Positions 39,246-52,589 are shown, counted from the first letter of the whole stretch. The stretch: DNA of 58,402 bases, filler included, from Jimgerdemannia flammicorona (GCA_003990765.1; 3 parts of 3 records of this genome joined end to end with filler, not necessarily neighbours in it); one strand, 5' to 3'. Numbers and translations are program-made. The notes: generated by a model not told the origin, from the sequence alone.

Positions 39246-40642
39246 CCTACAATAACGCCAACCAATCATCAACTGGCCTTTCCCCATTCCAGCTACTTCA
39301 CAGTCAAAATCCCAAGACCCCTGCAAGCCTAGTCCAATTCCAGCAATCCCGTCACACTCAAGTCCCCACAGCCCAGAACCTTATTGACAAAATGGATTCT
39401 CTTCTCAAGATTGCCACTATGAACCTACAAAAGGCTCAGCAACATCAAGCTAAGTATGCAGATAAGAAGTGGCAAGATATTATATACAATATTGGTGATA
39501 TGGTCCTACTCAAAGCTGACAACATCAAGGCTCAATCTCAAGTCAACTGCCAGTCAGCCAAATTCCAGCCCAAGTACCTTGGACCCTTTGAGATCACCGA
39601 GCAAGTCTCCACCTGGTCTTACCATCTCAACTTGCCAACAACCATGCATATACACCCAGTATTCTATATATCACAACTCAAGGCCTGGAACCAGTCACCC
39701 CTATACCCTGGCCAAATTCTGACACCATCAGCATCAGTCATAGTTGAAGACCACATCAAGTATGAAGTCAAGAATATCTTAGACAAATGAGTTTGATACC
39801 ATCACACAGAATACCTAGTCAAGTGGATGGGTTATCCTGAATATGATGCCACCTGGGAACCTGCCACCAATCTCAAGAACTCCCAAGACCTCATCCAAGA
39901 GTTTGAGCAAAAAGGAACTCATTGACTGCCCGTGAGGTTCTCCCCTTGGATAGTAGATAACCTACTGTACTGATCAGGCACATTATGCATCAGGGCTCTC
40001 TAAGAGATACAGTATCAGAAATAAGAGATATAGGAAAACCCTATAAATCCTACAACCAACAAGGTTTGAACCAGTTCTCATTCAATCAAGATGATACTTT
40101 GGCCCTCGCCTTATACAAGGATAGCCCTTCCTTGCTAATGAGTTGATACATTTAATTTGAAGTTTCTTTTAGTCTTTTTGTTTATTATGTATAACTTTGA
40201 GAATTCAATGAGGATGTTGATTCTTAAGAAGAGAGAGATGTAACATTTTAGCATAGTTTATTTCTTTTCTTTGTCTTTCTTCAATATTCTATGATCTTCC
40301 AGTACTTTCTGAATGCTTAGAAATCCTTTCTTGGTATCAAGCAACCTCTAGTACTTATTTAGCTAGTCACTGAATGTCCTGGAAACTTGTAGAACTTTAT
40401 TTGTCATCATTTGTCATCTTTGCTGAGAACTTTCCTCTTGGCATTTTCCTTTGATTTCTCAGATCCTTCCAGATCCTTCTTTCAGATCTTGTATAAATAT
40501 CCCCTTTATTCTCATGAATAAAGTCTCAGAATATTTTCTTCCAGAAATTCTTTGAGAATACTTGAACCCTTAAGTATCTCTTTGAGTTACTTAGAACCAC
40601 TAGAACTAGTCACTTCCTTATTTAGAAACTAGAACTGTTACA
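39246..40642 (+). mobile_element. Ty3/gypsy family B-related element, 3' part (integrase C-terminus, chromodomain, PPT, LTR 40239-40642)
   Basis: YNNANQSSTGLSPF...YLGPFEI...HPVF...YEVKNIL...YLVKWMGYPEYDATWEP..NL; PPT AAGAAGAGAGAGA; LTR TGTAACA...TGTTACA similar to family B LTRs. Confidence 0.92.
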
Positions 40643-40857
40643 CTTTCCTTATAAGTCACTAGATCAGAGTATAAGAAGATCATATGACATAACTCACCCA
40701 GGTTATAAGATGAATAATGATAAAAATCATAAGTCATAATGACCACAAGATAGACATCTCAAAGAATATAAAAGAAGGACTAAGAAACCACAGTAGTAGT
40801 AACTCAAACAAGTCTCACAAAATCCTAAAATAGTTCAAAAGACTCACTATAAACAAA

Positions 40858-41710
40858 ATGTCTGCTGCTCACCAAACTTCAAGGTCCAGGAACTACTATG
40901 GCTTCTCAGTCTAAAAAAGGATATTCTAAGACATCAGGAGAGCTATGAGAAACCACACCAGAAGAATTCTTAGCCTCAATCTGAGTATTGGTGATCCTTA
41001 CTACTTTACTCTCTACTGCTGTAAAATGGAGACAAGGATCACTACCACTATCAAATACTTCTATATGTGGTAGGAATACAAAATAAAAAACCTCCTCTAC
41101 TGGGAATTCTCTCAGGCCAGTCTCTAAGAGATACAAGATACCATCTCTGTAGATATATATAAATTGAGAGTAGCCAAAAAGATTCATCAGATCTTCAGAC
41201 ATACATCTTGGTCAATTCTCAACTTAGAGTATACCAGAGTCTCAGACTTTAAGAAATTGTCAGCCTGCTACACAGATGTACTAGAGGCCATAGTAGCTAA
41301 TCTACTATCACTCTCAAAAGTGATAAGGTAGAAGAGTTCTGGAATTCCATCCTCCAGGACAATCCAGATCAATTCTTACAAGAATTGGTCACAGTATTCC
41401 AAGGCCCCAGTATCCAGGTCAGACCCTCTCAAGATCCCACCTTTGTCCCCTACTTTATAGAGAAAAATATTATAGATTAGAGAGCCCCTGATCTTCTTAC
41501 CACTGTCACTGAATATAATAATATTACCAGTGATGATGTCATCCTACTAATCAACCTGTGTAAAATATGTGAAACAAATACAATACTTGCAGAAATATTT
41601 GCTAACCTTATTTCCTTTGAAGACATCCTGTTCCTAATCTCTAGCCTTAATGATAGTAATGAAGATGAAGCCAAACATTCTACTCTAATTTATTTATGTA
41701 ACTATTTGTT
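40858..41710 (+). pseudogene. Decayed ORF of unknown function in TE-derived DNA
   Basis: AAACAAAATG start; long protein-like stretches (e.g. KNLLYWEFSQASL*EIQD, VEEFWNSILQDNPDQFLQELV) broken by stops and frameshifts; no recognisable family. Confidence 0.4.
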
Positions 41711-44700
41711 TGAATACTCAAATATTCTGGCATTCTGATCTTATATAACTGTCAGAAATTATTCTAGCATTCTGATTTTATACAATTAATTATATGGGTA
41801 CTTGAATTTGTACTTACAATCTAAAGTTTCCTGTATTCAAATATCTTATTTGGTTATTGGATTTTATATTTAGCTTTATATTTTAGCAACTATTGAATTA
41901 CATTCTGTGTAAATACTCCTCTCATTTTTTTGGAAATAAAGTCAGTATTAAAACACTCAAGTATTCATATACTCAACTACTTAAGAGTATAAAAGTTTCA
42001 GTCCTCTACTCAATTCTATATAAGTAAATCCAAGAGATAACAGAACAGTTTAAAGGTAAGAAGTTTGAGGACTATAAGATCTTAGAAAGGCACTCTAATA
42101 GAACTTGTTTATAAGAAATTTATACATAGTTGATCTAAGAGATATACCTTGAAGAGAATCTGATGTACTTGGAGAACTTAGTGCCTACTATATAATAATA
42201 TAAAGACTTTCATTCTTTTTGTGAATAAAAAGAATTGATATACTATATAGTAATTTTGATAGTTATATGAGGCCTTTATTTAATAGGTCTGCTAGTTGTT
42301 CTTTGAGAGTTTCTAGCTCAGACTAAGCTATTAGTAAATTCTGTAGTAGGGGGGATCTGTTTCAGGAGTAGTCTCAATATTATATTCTATTGCTTAAGTA
42401 GGTAGTAGTTCTTGGGGTTTTTAAAATTTATACTTCAGTAGTTTAGAAAGATCATTATCATCATCTTCTTTTACTGATGATTCCTTGATAGTATATATAT
42501 ATATAAATATGTTGATCTGGTTTTCAATTAGCTTTTTTATTTGAATAGTAGAAATAATGTCACACTTAAGTTTTACTTCCTTCTTAGTACATATGTTCTA
42601 ACTATAACTTAATGTTTTCTAGAGAGATTATATTGGTTTATTAGTTAATGTAGAGATTCTCCTATATGAGTAAGAATATTCTGAGAATAAGATTATGTCC
42701 TGAGAGATATATGATATAGAAGATTTACCTTATAGTATATTCTCCAAGTTATAAGAGTATATTTTTGTATATTTTGAAGAGTTTCTGAGTTAAATATAGC
42801 AATATTGCTCTCTGGGTTTCTTTGTATTTTGAGGTTAAATTTGTTAGCTATTTTCTTATCAAGATAGCACTTGCTTACTCTACTATTAATAGAGACTTCA
42901 ACAGGGGTTCATTTAATTTTTCTTATCAATAGATGTATTTAGAGTTATCTTTCTACTATATAGCAATTGTTTCTAGGGTAGCTTCTTTTTCCAATCTTAA
43001 ACTTCTCTATCTTTATCATTGATGCTCTTGATTTCTTCATCTTATTATTCAGAAGTAGTTGGCTTATACTTTTTGAATTTAAGAACATATATAGTATACT
43101 TGCTTATATTCTCAAAATAATATATCTTAATTTTGTAGAGACATCATCCAGTTGAGATATATATATCTATCAGTGATATACTAGTATTATTTCTGATCTC
43201 AGTCTTGAGATTCTTTAATATGAATAATTTTCTGTATTTTAATCTTCTTTTTAGTTTTTATAGAGTTCTTTTTGGTAGATTCAAAAGCTTTTTTCCTCTA
43301 CAGGAGAGTAATAGTTTATTTATTTCTTCAACTTCAAGGTTATTATATATTACTTCAATAATTACTTGGGTGATCTATTTTCTATATATAATTTTAATTA
43401 TTTTATATCTAGTATTGTGTAGCAGAACATTGATTTTGTCTTTGAATTCTTAGTCTATAACTCTTCTAGATATATAGAGTTATTCTTCTTTAGCCAGACT
43501 ACTTCTTTCTATAAGACAGATATATATAGGTTCCTTTAGAAACTTCTATACTAACACTAGTGCTGATAGTTACTTACTTATAAGGTTTGATGGTTATTTC
43601 TATATTTCAGTAGAGATTATAGCCAACATCAGATTTATGTACTTTATCTAGAATTTTAGCAGTAAGGTGAAATATCTTAATCTTTATCTTCTCAGAAGTT
43701 CATCTTTTATCATAATGATAGTATGTGAGGAGAATAACTCTTTACTTATATTACTCTTGTTTTTTTTATTAGAGCAGTTGTAAGACGTATGTCCAGTTTT
43801 CTTATAGTAGAAATCTGCTTGTTTCTTCTTAAGTTCTTCAACTTCTTTGTTAAACAGCCTCTTGTATTCTTCTTGTAATTTCTGAAAAGCATTTTAGAGT
43901 TCATAATTCTTTTCAAATTTGTCATCATTTGTCTCTCTTATTGTTATTTTTATTTTCTCTTAGTCTTTAGACTATTAGAATAGTATACTCTAGTAATAGT
44001 CTGTCCTAATTATAGAGTCATTCTTACTTATAGATATTTTCTGATAGCCAGTCTGATATAGTATTAAAGAAATACAATACTCTTGTTCTATTCACTGTCT
44101 ATTCTCATTAGCTATATTTTACTCTTATGATATTCAGAAGAGTCTCCAGTCTTATTACAAAGGCTTCTAGGTCTTTTTTGCTATCATTATAGAATTAGAG
44201 ACCCTTGAGCTTGGTTCTAGCTTTAACAATTTAGCAGAACTATAGAACTATTAAATAAGCTACTTCTTTAGACCCATGATAGCTGGATAGGCTTTATAGT
44301 TAGAATAGTAATTACTTCCATCACTTATATCAATTTCAGCACAGGTTTCTCAGATGATAGAGTGTACTAGAAGATTATAATATCACTAAGTAGCTATGTC
44401 TATAATAGATGATAACTTTTCTACTTATGAGTCTGCAGTTATATAGAGATCTTCAATCTTATAGTACTTATTATACATATATTAGTGAGAATATTATCTA
44501 GATTCTAGTAGTCATTCTATCTATTAGTATAATAATTAATATTTACTTATTTAATAAATATTATTACTTAGTCTACTTTATCTTCAAATAGTATAAGTTG
44601 AAGGCCTTTTATGAGTTTATTTGTTTCAATACTAATATGAAGGACTTGGGTAAATATGGCTACTTAGTCAGCCAGGGCTACTATCTTATTACATATCTAT

Positions 44701-45309
44701 AGAGATTATTTCATTATCTTCATTATCTAAATAATAAAGTTATAGAGATTCTTCTTTAGATACTATTACTATAGAAGTAGAATAATATACAGTTGTTTTT
44801 TCTACAATATCACTGAGATGAGTAAATTTAGTAATCAGTCTATAGGTTGGTAGTTTTGATAAAGTTATTACTGGGTCTTCTGCAATAATTCTTAGTAGGC
44901 TTGATGTTCTTAATAGGAGAATTATAGTAATACTGAGACCACCAGTATCAGGTTTGGGTGTTTTTTCAATTATTATTCTAGGTTGAGATAATGTAGTTTA
45001 GACTTCTCTGAGTCTAGTAGACTGCAATCCTTATTATTAGATTATCTTTACTTATATGTAGAGAACCTAATAGTAGAGATGTGATTTTCTTTAATTAATA
45101 TAATATCTCTTGTAGTTCAAGGAAGATCTTAGCTTTAAAGTAGTAATTATCATAGAGAAATATTTAAAAAATATTCACTTATAGCTTCAATGAATTCTTG
45201 TATATATTTTCCATAGAAATGACTGTTAATTAATCTTTCAAAGTCTTCTTTAATATCTTTAGTATGGGTGACTTCTTTATTAAGTATTTTTTTTTTCATA
45301 ACTACTAGG

Positions 45310-46600
45310 CCTCTTTATTAACTAATATATAATAAATATATAGTCCTTATACCACACTGATAGTCTCAACCCAATCTCACTCTACTCTACTCTCTCTCTC
45401 CAACCCCTACTTTCTTTAAAACTACCTACCTCAACCTATCTACTACTCCTCTTATATATCTCTTCTACTAAATATCTATAGCAACTTCCTTGAGGGTCCC
45501 ACCACCTCTACTAGTCTGACAGAACATCTATCATCAACTTCTCCTATCTTACTATTCATTTTTTCAAAACTACCCATCTTCTATCCTTAAATACATACTG
45601 TCAGTATCTAGCCAACTCTACCCATACTATTAATGCCCACTCAACAGTAAGTCACTTATTACCAATATACTCTACCAACTATTCTCTCAAGTTATTTCAT
45701 CTCTCTCCCTCCCCACTATCTCACTACCTTACCTTCAGATAATCTCCAACTATTGCTCAGAAGTTACCAAGTATCTTGCACTCACCTAACCAATATTCAG
45801 GTATCTGTATAATTCTTCTCTTCTGCTCTATATTATAATAATCCTTATACTCAAAAACCCCTCCTTTTATCAAGTATCTCAATCTAAAGTTCAACATAAC
45901 ATTTCTCCTCAAGATATACTATTACATCACTCAGAACTTTAGAGGAAGCCACTACTATACCTCAGCACAAGTGCTCCCAATGAATAAAATTAATTCAAAT
46001 TGAATTGAATTAAGGGTCATTTGAATTAAATTGAGGTTTTTTCAATTTAAATCAAGTTTGAATCAAATTGAGGGTTCAAATTAAATCTTGAATCAAATTT
46101 CGATTCATTGAGAGCACTACTCAGTACTCTAAGACCAGACTCTGGCCCAGTCCTATATCTTACCAACACCTGCTAACTCCTAGCCTATTGGCCACAGATC
46201 CTATCCTATCTCCCACTGATACTCCATACTAATACTAATATCAAAGTCCATCAGCAGTAAACCACTCAATAGAAACCTATCTTACCTCTATATAGCAGGT
46301 TCTCATTATATCTCCTCCTTATTACCATACCATTATAGACCAATACAGTATGCTCCCTCTATCACCCTCTATTAGAATTCTCTATACTATAAGTACCTAC
46401 TACTTCTCAGTCTAACTATTAATAATAAATTATCCAAAAACCTCCAGAGAAGAACCTTATCTCCCAGATCTTCTATATCAATAACACTCACTCTCTGTCC
46501 CATAACTTGACAGCTCTCTTTAACTATCAAGCCCTAAGGTAATATAATCTCTTCAGAAAGTCTACCAGATCTAAACCTCCTCTGTCCACCAGAGTTGTTA
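45310..46600 (-). mobile_element. 3' fragment of a Tx1/L1-like LINE
   Basis: Reverse complement aligns by eye to the C-terminal ORF2 region at ~57350-58400 (e.g. GTGCTGAGGT..AGTGGCTTCCTC); boundaries approximate. Confidence 0.75.
45969..46119. mobile_element. 151-bp hAT-type MITE
   Basis: TIRs AAGTGCTCCCAATGAAT / ATTCATTGAGAGCACTA (15 of 17 match); 8-bp TSD CTCAGCAC (45961-45968) / CTCAGTAC (46120-46127); the homologous LINE site at ~57803 has a single copy of the target. Confidence 0.88.
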
Positions 46601-46956
46601 AGACTTTCCAACTTATCTGGCTCGCCTCTTAGTTCAAATTCAGTTTTTAGCTAACTTCAACAATCTCTATACTACTTACTTCTTTATTGAGTATTATGAA
46701 TATGTTGAATATTTCTTATATAGTCTCATTCAAATTTCTATTAACTTATATAAGTCTCAGTCTACTTGATGATAATTCTATTGGCTTCTTTGACTTAGTT
46801 CTGAGAAGTAGCCAGGGTGGACATATTTCTTAATTATCATTGTTGTATTAGTGATGAATTTTGTAAGGGTTTCTATATTTATAGTAGATTCTTAAGAAAG
46901 ATTACTTATGGATAGAAGAAACTTTCACTACTATCAAATTGTAATAAAACTATATA

Positions 46957-48350
46957 TATAATGAATCATTATATATATCTATAAGCTACTAGAAATTCTA
47001 ATAGAAATTCTGACAGAAATTCTTATAGAAATTCCTATAGAATTTCTAACTAACAGTTATAATTACCTAGAATAGTATATATATATATAAATATAACTAG
47101 TATACTATATTTAGTTATAGTCTCAAATATGTATAAATATCCTCTATACTGAGTATATTGTAATCTCAGATCTAACTTATTAATAATTCTAAGCCTAATC
47201 AACTTGAGATATAAGTACAGCACTTCTATCAGTATAAGAATCTGAAAAAGATACCTGGACTCTACTACAATAGATAATACTTTCTTGCAAGAACTCAGAA
47301 CTTAGGACCAATAGTCAGTTTAATTATCTATAATATATTAATTTTGTCAGTATATAGTTTTATTATAATTTGATAGTAATAGAAGTTATTTCCCACCTAT
47401 AAGTAATCTTCTTTTAAGAATCTATCAGATAATCAGAACTAGTCAATATTGCCAATATTGTCAGCAATATGTAGTCAAGAAATATCTTTACCAAATACTC
47501 TTCAGACTCAAGCTGAAGAATCTAATAAAATTATTACTGAGTAGACCAAAACCCATACCAGTCAAGAAGAATTTGATAAACTCAACAAAAAAACCATCCA
47601 AGAGGTATTCAATACCTTTCTTATACTCAACAAAGAAGTCTCCTATACTATTGAACTTAAGAAGAAATTCCACAAGCTAGTTGGTAAGTACTTTTACAAA
47701 GAATATATATGAGAATTTATTGAGACTGTAAGTGAATATTTTTTGAACCTTCTCTCTAATAATTGTTACTACAAAGCTAAGATCTTTCAGAACTATAAGA
47801 GATACTATATCTATTAAAAGAAATCTCACTTCTGTTATTAAATTCTCTATATATAAGTAAGAATAATTTAGTAATAAGAATAATAAGTTACTAGATCTAG
47901 TGAAATCTCTACCACATCATCCAGATATAGAAGGATAATTGAAGAGATACCTGAACCTGATATTAGTGGTCTCAACACTATTACAGAACTACTATTAAGA
48001 ACATCAAGTTTATCAAAAATTATAGCAGATCTGACAGTTACCTTATTAAGATCACTAGTTTATAAGCTCATCTATCTCAGTAATATCATAGAAGAGTCAA
48101 CTTTAAATTGTGATTGATATACCACAATAACAGAAAAATAACCCCAACTATCTTACCAAATAGATAACAGAGATAGTAGAATGATATTAGTAGATAATAA
48201 GATAGTGGTACTAGTTGACCAAGTAGCTATATTTACTCAAGCTCTTCATCTTAGCATTGAAACAAATAAATAAACTCACAAAAGATCTCCACCTCATACT
48301 ATTCAAAGGCAAAGCAGACTAAGTAATAATATTTATAGAACAAGTTAATA
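46957..48350 (+). mobile_element. Ty3/gypsy family D-related element, 5' LTR (~46957-47367), PBS and gag 5' region
   Basis: LTR with 12-bp tandem repeats (AGAAATTCTNAT x5, 46991-47050) and TATAAATA; decayed PBS TGATAGTA; downstream sequence is the inverted homologue of 46620-46940 and 44560-45300. Confidence 0.65.
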
Positions 48351-48359
48351 TCAATTATC

Positions 48360-51300
48360 ATGCCAGGCTGAAGTAATACCTTTCACTGGTAACATTCAGG
48401 TGATACAAGACTCAGACAATACTTTTTAAATGTTTTTAGTGAAAGGAGACTATCAATATAGATAGCAATGAATGTACTGGTAGGTATGTCAGCTAGGGGG
48501 GCAGCAGTGCCTTCAACTGACAGCATGTTGGGAGGAGATAGAGAGATGGTTTGGGGATACCAGGGCCTTCTATGGTTGGCCAAGGCATTAGTAGTGGAGG
48601 GAGGGGTGGAGTGAGGCAGTAAGGAGGGGGGAGGATGACCTTTGCTGATAAGGTCAAGATGGGGAGAATGAAATCTGGTCTGGATAGTTGGTTGGGACTG
48701 GGGAAGGTTTCAATGGCTTCAATTGAGAGATAGGGAGGGGCCCCTATGGGAGGGTTGGGCAGTAGGGAGGGGGGGGGAGGAGTAGGGGCTGGAGATGTGA
48801 CTACTGATGGAGCTGTAACTAGAGATCTGGAAAAAAAATCCAGATGTGATAGTTGTTGGTAGATCAGGACAGAGGGTGGGCATGAGGCCTGGGGATGTAG
48901 CAGATGGTATAACTGGCATAGTGTCAGCACCATTACTCAAAAAGTCAAGGTTGGAATTTGCCATCACATTGTACTTCTGAGGCTTAGTGGTAACTGCAAG
49001 GATAATTTTAGAGCTAGTGGCACAGGAGATAAAGGGGGCAGCTTTGGTGAAGTTCTTGAAGGGGAAAGAAGGGATCAAGGTTAGATTTGAGGAGAAGGCA
49101 TCAATGTTGGAGACTATGAAGAGGGGGGTAGTAGTGGGCAGAGTGGTGGTTCCTATGATCAGGTGCATGCACTGGGACCCCCAAGTGGTGCAGTTGATGG
49201 TGTTGGACCTTCTTACAGTGTCGAGGGAGAGAGCCAGAGAGTTGATTGTAGAGGTGATCAAGGAGTATAGAGAGATCATAGACATAGAGTTCAGAGTCTG
49301 GGAGAGTACTGAACTCTGGACAGGAGATGTTGATGTCAGAGTGAGGCTGGCTAGAAGAGAGAATACAGAGAAGGTGAGAGACTGGCTGGTAACTCTTAAG
49401 TGGAAACTAGTGGAATATAAGGTCTCATGGGTGAAAGGGACACCAGAGGAAGAGAAGGACTTATTGGAGGCTCTTGAGGATCTGGCAGGAGCAGTGGAGA
49501 GGAGGAGATTGGCTTAAAAAAAGTATGATGCTAAGATAGTTGTGGAGATTGTGGATGAAAAGAAGATCAGGATGGACCAGGAGGCCTGGGAGAAGGTGCA
49601 GGGAGGCAAATCCAGAAGAAGCTATTGGAGAAGTTGAGAGGGGGTGTAGCAGGTGGTGGTACAGGAGAAGGGGATGCCAGACTGATGGAGAGTGCTTGGG
49701 CAGGGGAGTGTGGGATAGCTCAGGATGTGGCCCAGGGTGGATTGAGTGAGAAGAGACTGGGCAGTATAGTGGAGGATGCCAAAATGGATGAGAAAGTCCA
49801 CCCTCAGTATAGCATCCCAAGTAGGATAGGTGGGGAGGAGAAACTACTAGATATATTGGAGAAGGAGTGGGAGGAGTTAGGGAGGAGGAGCACTTTAGTG
49901 GACTCTGTGGTAGAGGTTGAAGGAGTTGCCCAGGGTGTTGTGGAAGCAGTGAATGAAGAGAAGTAGCTGTGGAAGACTCTGGAGGGGGTGATAGCTGAGA
50001 AGCTAGGGGGAGAGAACTTCTGGGTCCTAAGTGATAGAAATTGGGAGGAAATTCTCCATAGGGAGAAGATATTGAGAAAGATTAGAAATGAGATCCTAGC
50101 AGTGCTCTTAGAGTTGGAGGAATACCAAGTGGATGATCAGAGAGAGGAGGCCCTTTGAGGGATTGCAAATAACTGGATAGAATACTTGTGAAATTTGAAA
50201 AAGGGGTTGGAGAAGTGGAGAGTGGTATGCATAGATTATCAGGCAGAAATAGAGATTGTGGATGGGGTGGAGTATCAGGAAATCTTAGAAGCACTAGATG
50301 CTCAGGCTGTAGTAGAGGGTGAGCTAGAGGCAGAGCAGTGCTAGATCTTGCTGGTGATGGAATAAGCATGGAATTCTAGACTGGGCCCCCAATATCAAAT
50401 ATTATTCAATATGAATAGTATAACTAGAATCTTTTCTTTGAATATGAATGGGTTGAGGGGAGCAGTACAGTATAGAAATATATTTGGCTAGTTAAAGGGA
50501 CTGGATGTGGATCTCTTCTTACTATAGAATGTGTGGTATGAGGTTGATATTGATTTGCAGGACTGGACTAGAGAAAGGGGTGAGGCAGTGGTATAACTGG
50601 GTGGGTGGGCATTCTGGTTTGAAAAGGGATGGGGGACATTGGGGATATTGAGCATTGGGGGAGTAGGTTGGTGTGAGGAGTATAGAGAGGCCTTGGTGGA
50701 ACCCTTTGACTGTTGGGTCATATTATTGCCCAGCTGAGAGGGAGGAGTGCATAGATTGGTTCAGAGACTTAAGAGAGGCTGGTGTTATGAGTGGGGCAGG
50801 AATTGACTGCCTGGGAGGAGATTTCAACATAGTATATAATAATGGGGTAAATAGGACAGATAGTGGGAGAGAAATGAGAGGTAGAAGTAGTGGATTGGAT
50901 GATTGGATGGAGATTGAGAGATTGAGCTCCTTGGTTGACTCAGGGCAACAGTTTTGGGTGGATTACCAAATTTATACTCATTGGGTAGTAGGGCTGGGCT
51001 TCAGGATTGACTGGGTGTTGATAGTGGAGTGCTGGGGAGAGAATGTCTGAGACACACTAGAGGTGGTTTGGTGCCTGTGGTCGGATCACTGGGGTCTGAT
51101 AGGAAGTGGGAGATTTTGGGGAAGTGGGGATGGGCCTGGACATTGGTGACTGAATTCTTCTTTGTTGGAGGATAGTTCTTTGTAGATAGACTGGGAGGTG
51201 GAAATTATTGAGAAGATTAGTAGGTGGCAGGAGCAGGTATTGGTGATTAGGGCTTACTGATGGCAGCTGAAATCAAGTGCTCAGAGGTACTGGAGGGAGG

Positions 51301-52588
51301 CAGGGAAAGAGAGGAGTACTCAGAGGCAGTAGCAAGTACAATAGGCTTCACAGAGATTGGCGGTGCTTCTGGAGAGGTGGGCAGGATCACTGGAGGATGG
51401 GGGGGCAACTAACTGACAAATTCTGTAGATACAAAAAGAGGTAGATAAGCTAAAGGAGGTGTTATGGATAGAGGAAGAGGTTCAGCTAAAGGGGATGGTG
51501 GCGAGGCTGCAGTGGCAGGGGTTGGAGGAGAGGGAGAGGCCCACTAGATTTCTTTTACAGTTGCTCCAAGCTTGGAGGACCAGACAGCAGTGGGATGGTA
51601 TTTTGGAAGAGGATGGGGAGATGGTGGCAGGGACTCCTAAGATTTTAGGATTGCTGAGAACTTGCTGGGGGAATTTATGGAGTGATGAAGAAGGGGGTGA
51701 GGATGCCCTAAACATTGAATGACAGTTGGAGGATTGGTATCTGGACTCAGCACTGGGCCTGGGGATACTGGGAGACCCAATGCAGGAGGAGAAAGTATGC
51801 AAGATCTTGGCTTTGACAAGTAAGAGGACAGCCCCAAGAGAGGATGGGCTTTCTTGGGATTTTTGGAAGAAGATAGCTAAGGTAGTAGTGGTATTGGAGG
51901 AGATGACAGTGATGAGTAATGAGGTCCTTTGATCTAGAACTTAGATTGGGGGCCAGTGCCTAGGGCTGGTCTCCTTACTCTATAAGGATAAGAAGAGAGA
52001 AGAGAATTGGAAGAACTAGTAACTGATCATGCTCCTTAATATGGACTGCAAGCTGGTGACAAAGATCTTGGTGACTAAGTTATAGGAGATTGCTCAGCAG
52101 GTACTAGATGTGGAGCAGAGGGGATTTGTTAGAGGTTGGTTGATCTGAGATAGAACTGCCTGGGTCTATGGAGTGATTGAAGGGGCTCAGGCAGCTAGGG
52201 TTAATGGTCAGTTAGTTTTTCTGGATCAGGAGAAGGCATATGACAGGGTGAGGAGGGTCTGGCTGAAGAGAGTGCTGAAATATGTGGAAGTTCCCCCAGA
52301 GTTCAGATGGTCATTAATCAGTCTATTGGAGGACAGTCAAGCTGCACTGGTGGTGAATGGGTACAGGAGTGTGACCTTTCTGCTAGGTTGTAGGGTGCCA
52401 CAAGGGGATCCTTTGTCATCCATTCTATATACCCTTTCCTTGGAGCCCCTATTGGACAGAATCTGACATTGAATTGGAGGTTTGGACATTCTGGGAATTA
52501 ACTGGAAGGTTGGGACTTTTGTAGATAATATGGAGTTCATTAGAGAATGTGGAGGAATTAAGGAGGACTGTAGAATGGTATGAGAGAG
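48360..52588 (+). mobile_element. Tx1/L1-clade non-LTR retrotransposon copy 1 (ORF1, APE endonuclease, RT), decayed, 3'-interrupted
   Basis: SLNMNGL, GGDFN, RIDWVL, SDHWGL (APE); EDGL, FLDQEKAYDRV, VPQGDPLS (RT); ORF1 homologous to 52712-54112. Confidence 0.9.
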
Positions 52589-52589
52589 A

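Larger units (their letters stand above)
42115..46956 (-). mobile_element. Ty3/gypsy family D, 5' part (U5 tip, PBS, gag, dUTPase, Cys/His module, protease, RT start), heavily decayed and interrupted by a LINE fragment
   Basis: Knuckle remnant FYYKKTGHTSYNC (~43770-43815); dUTPase SDVGYNLY/RSSLA/VID*EF (~43225-43690); protease INSRVSKCYL (~42870-42900); gag region homologous to 47450-48350. Confidence 0.75.
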
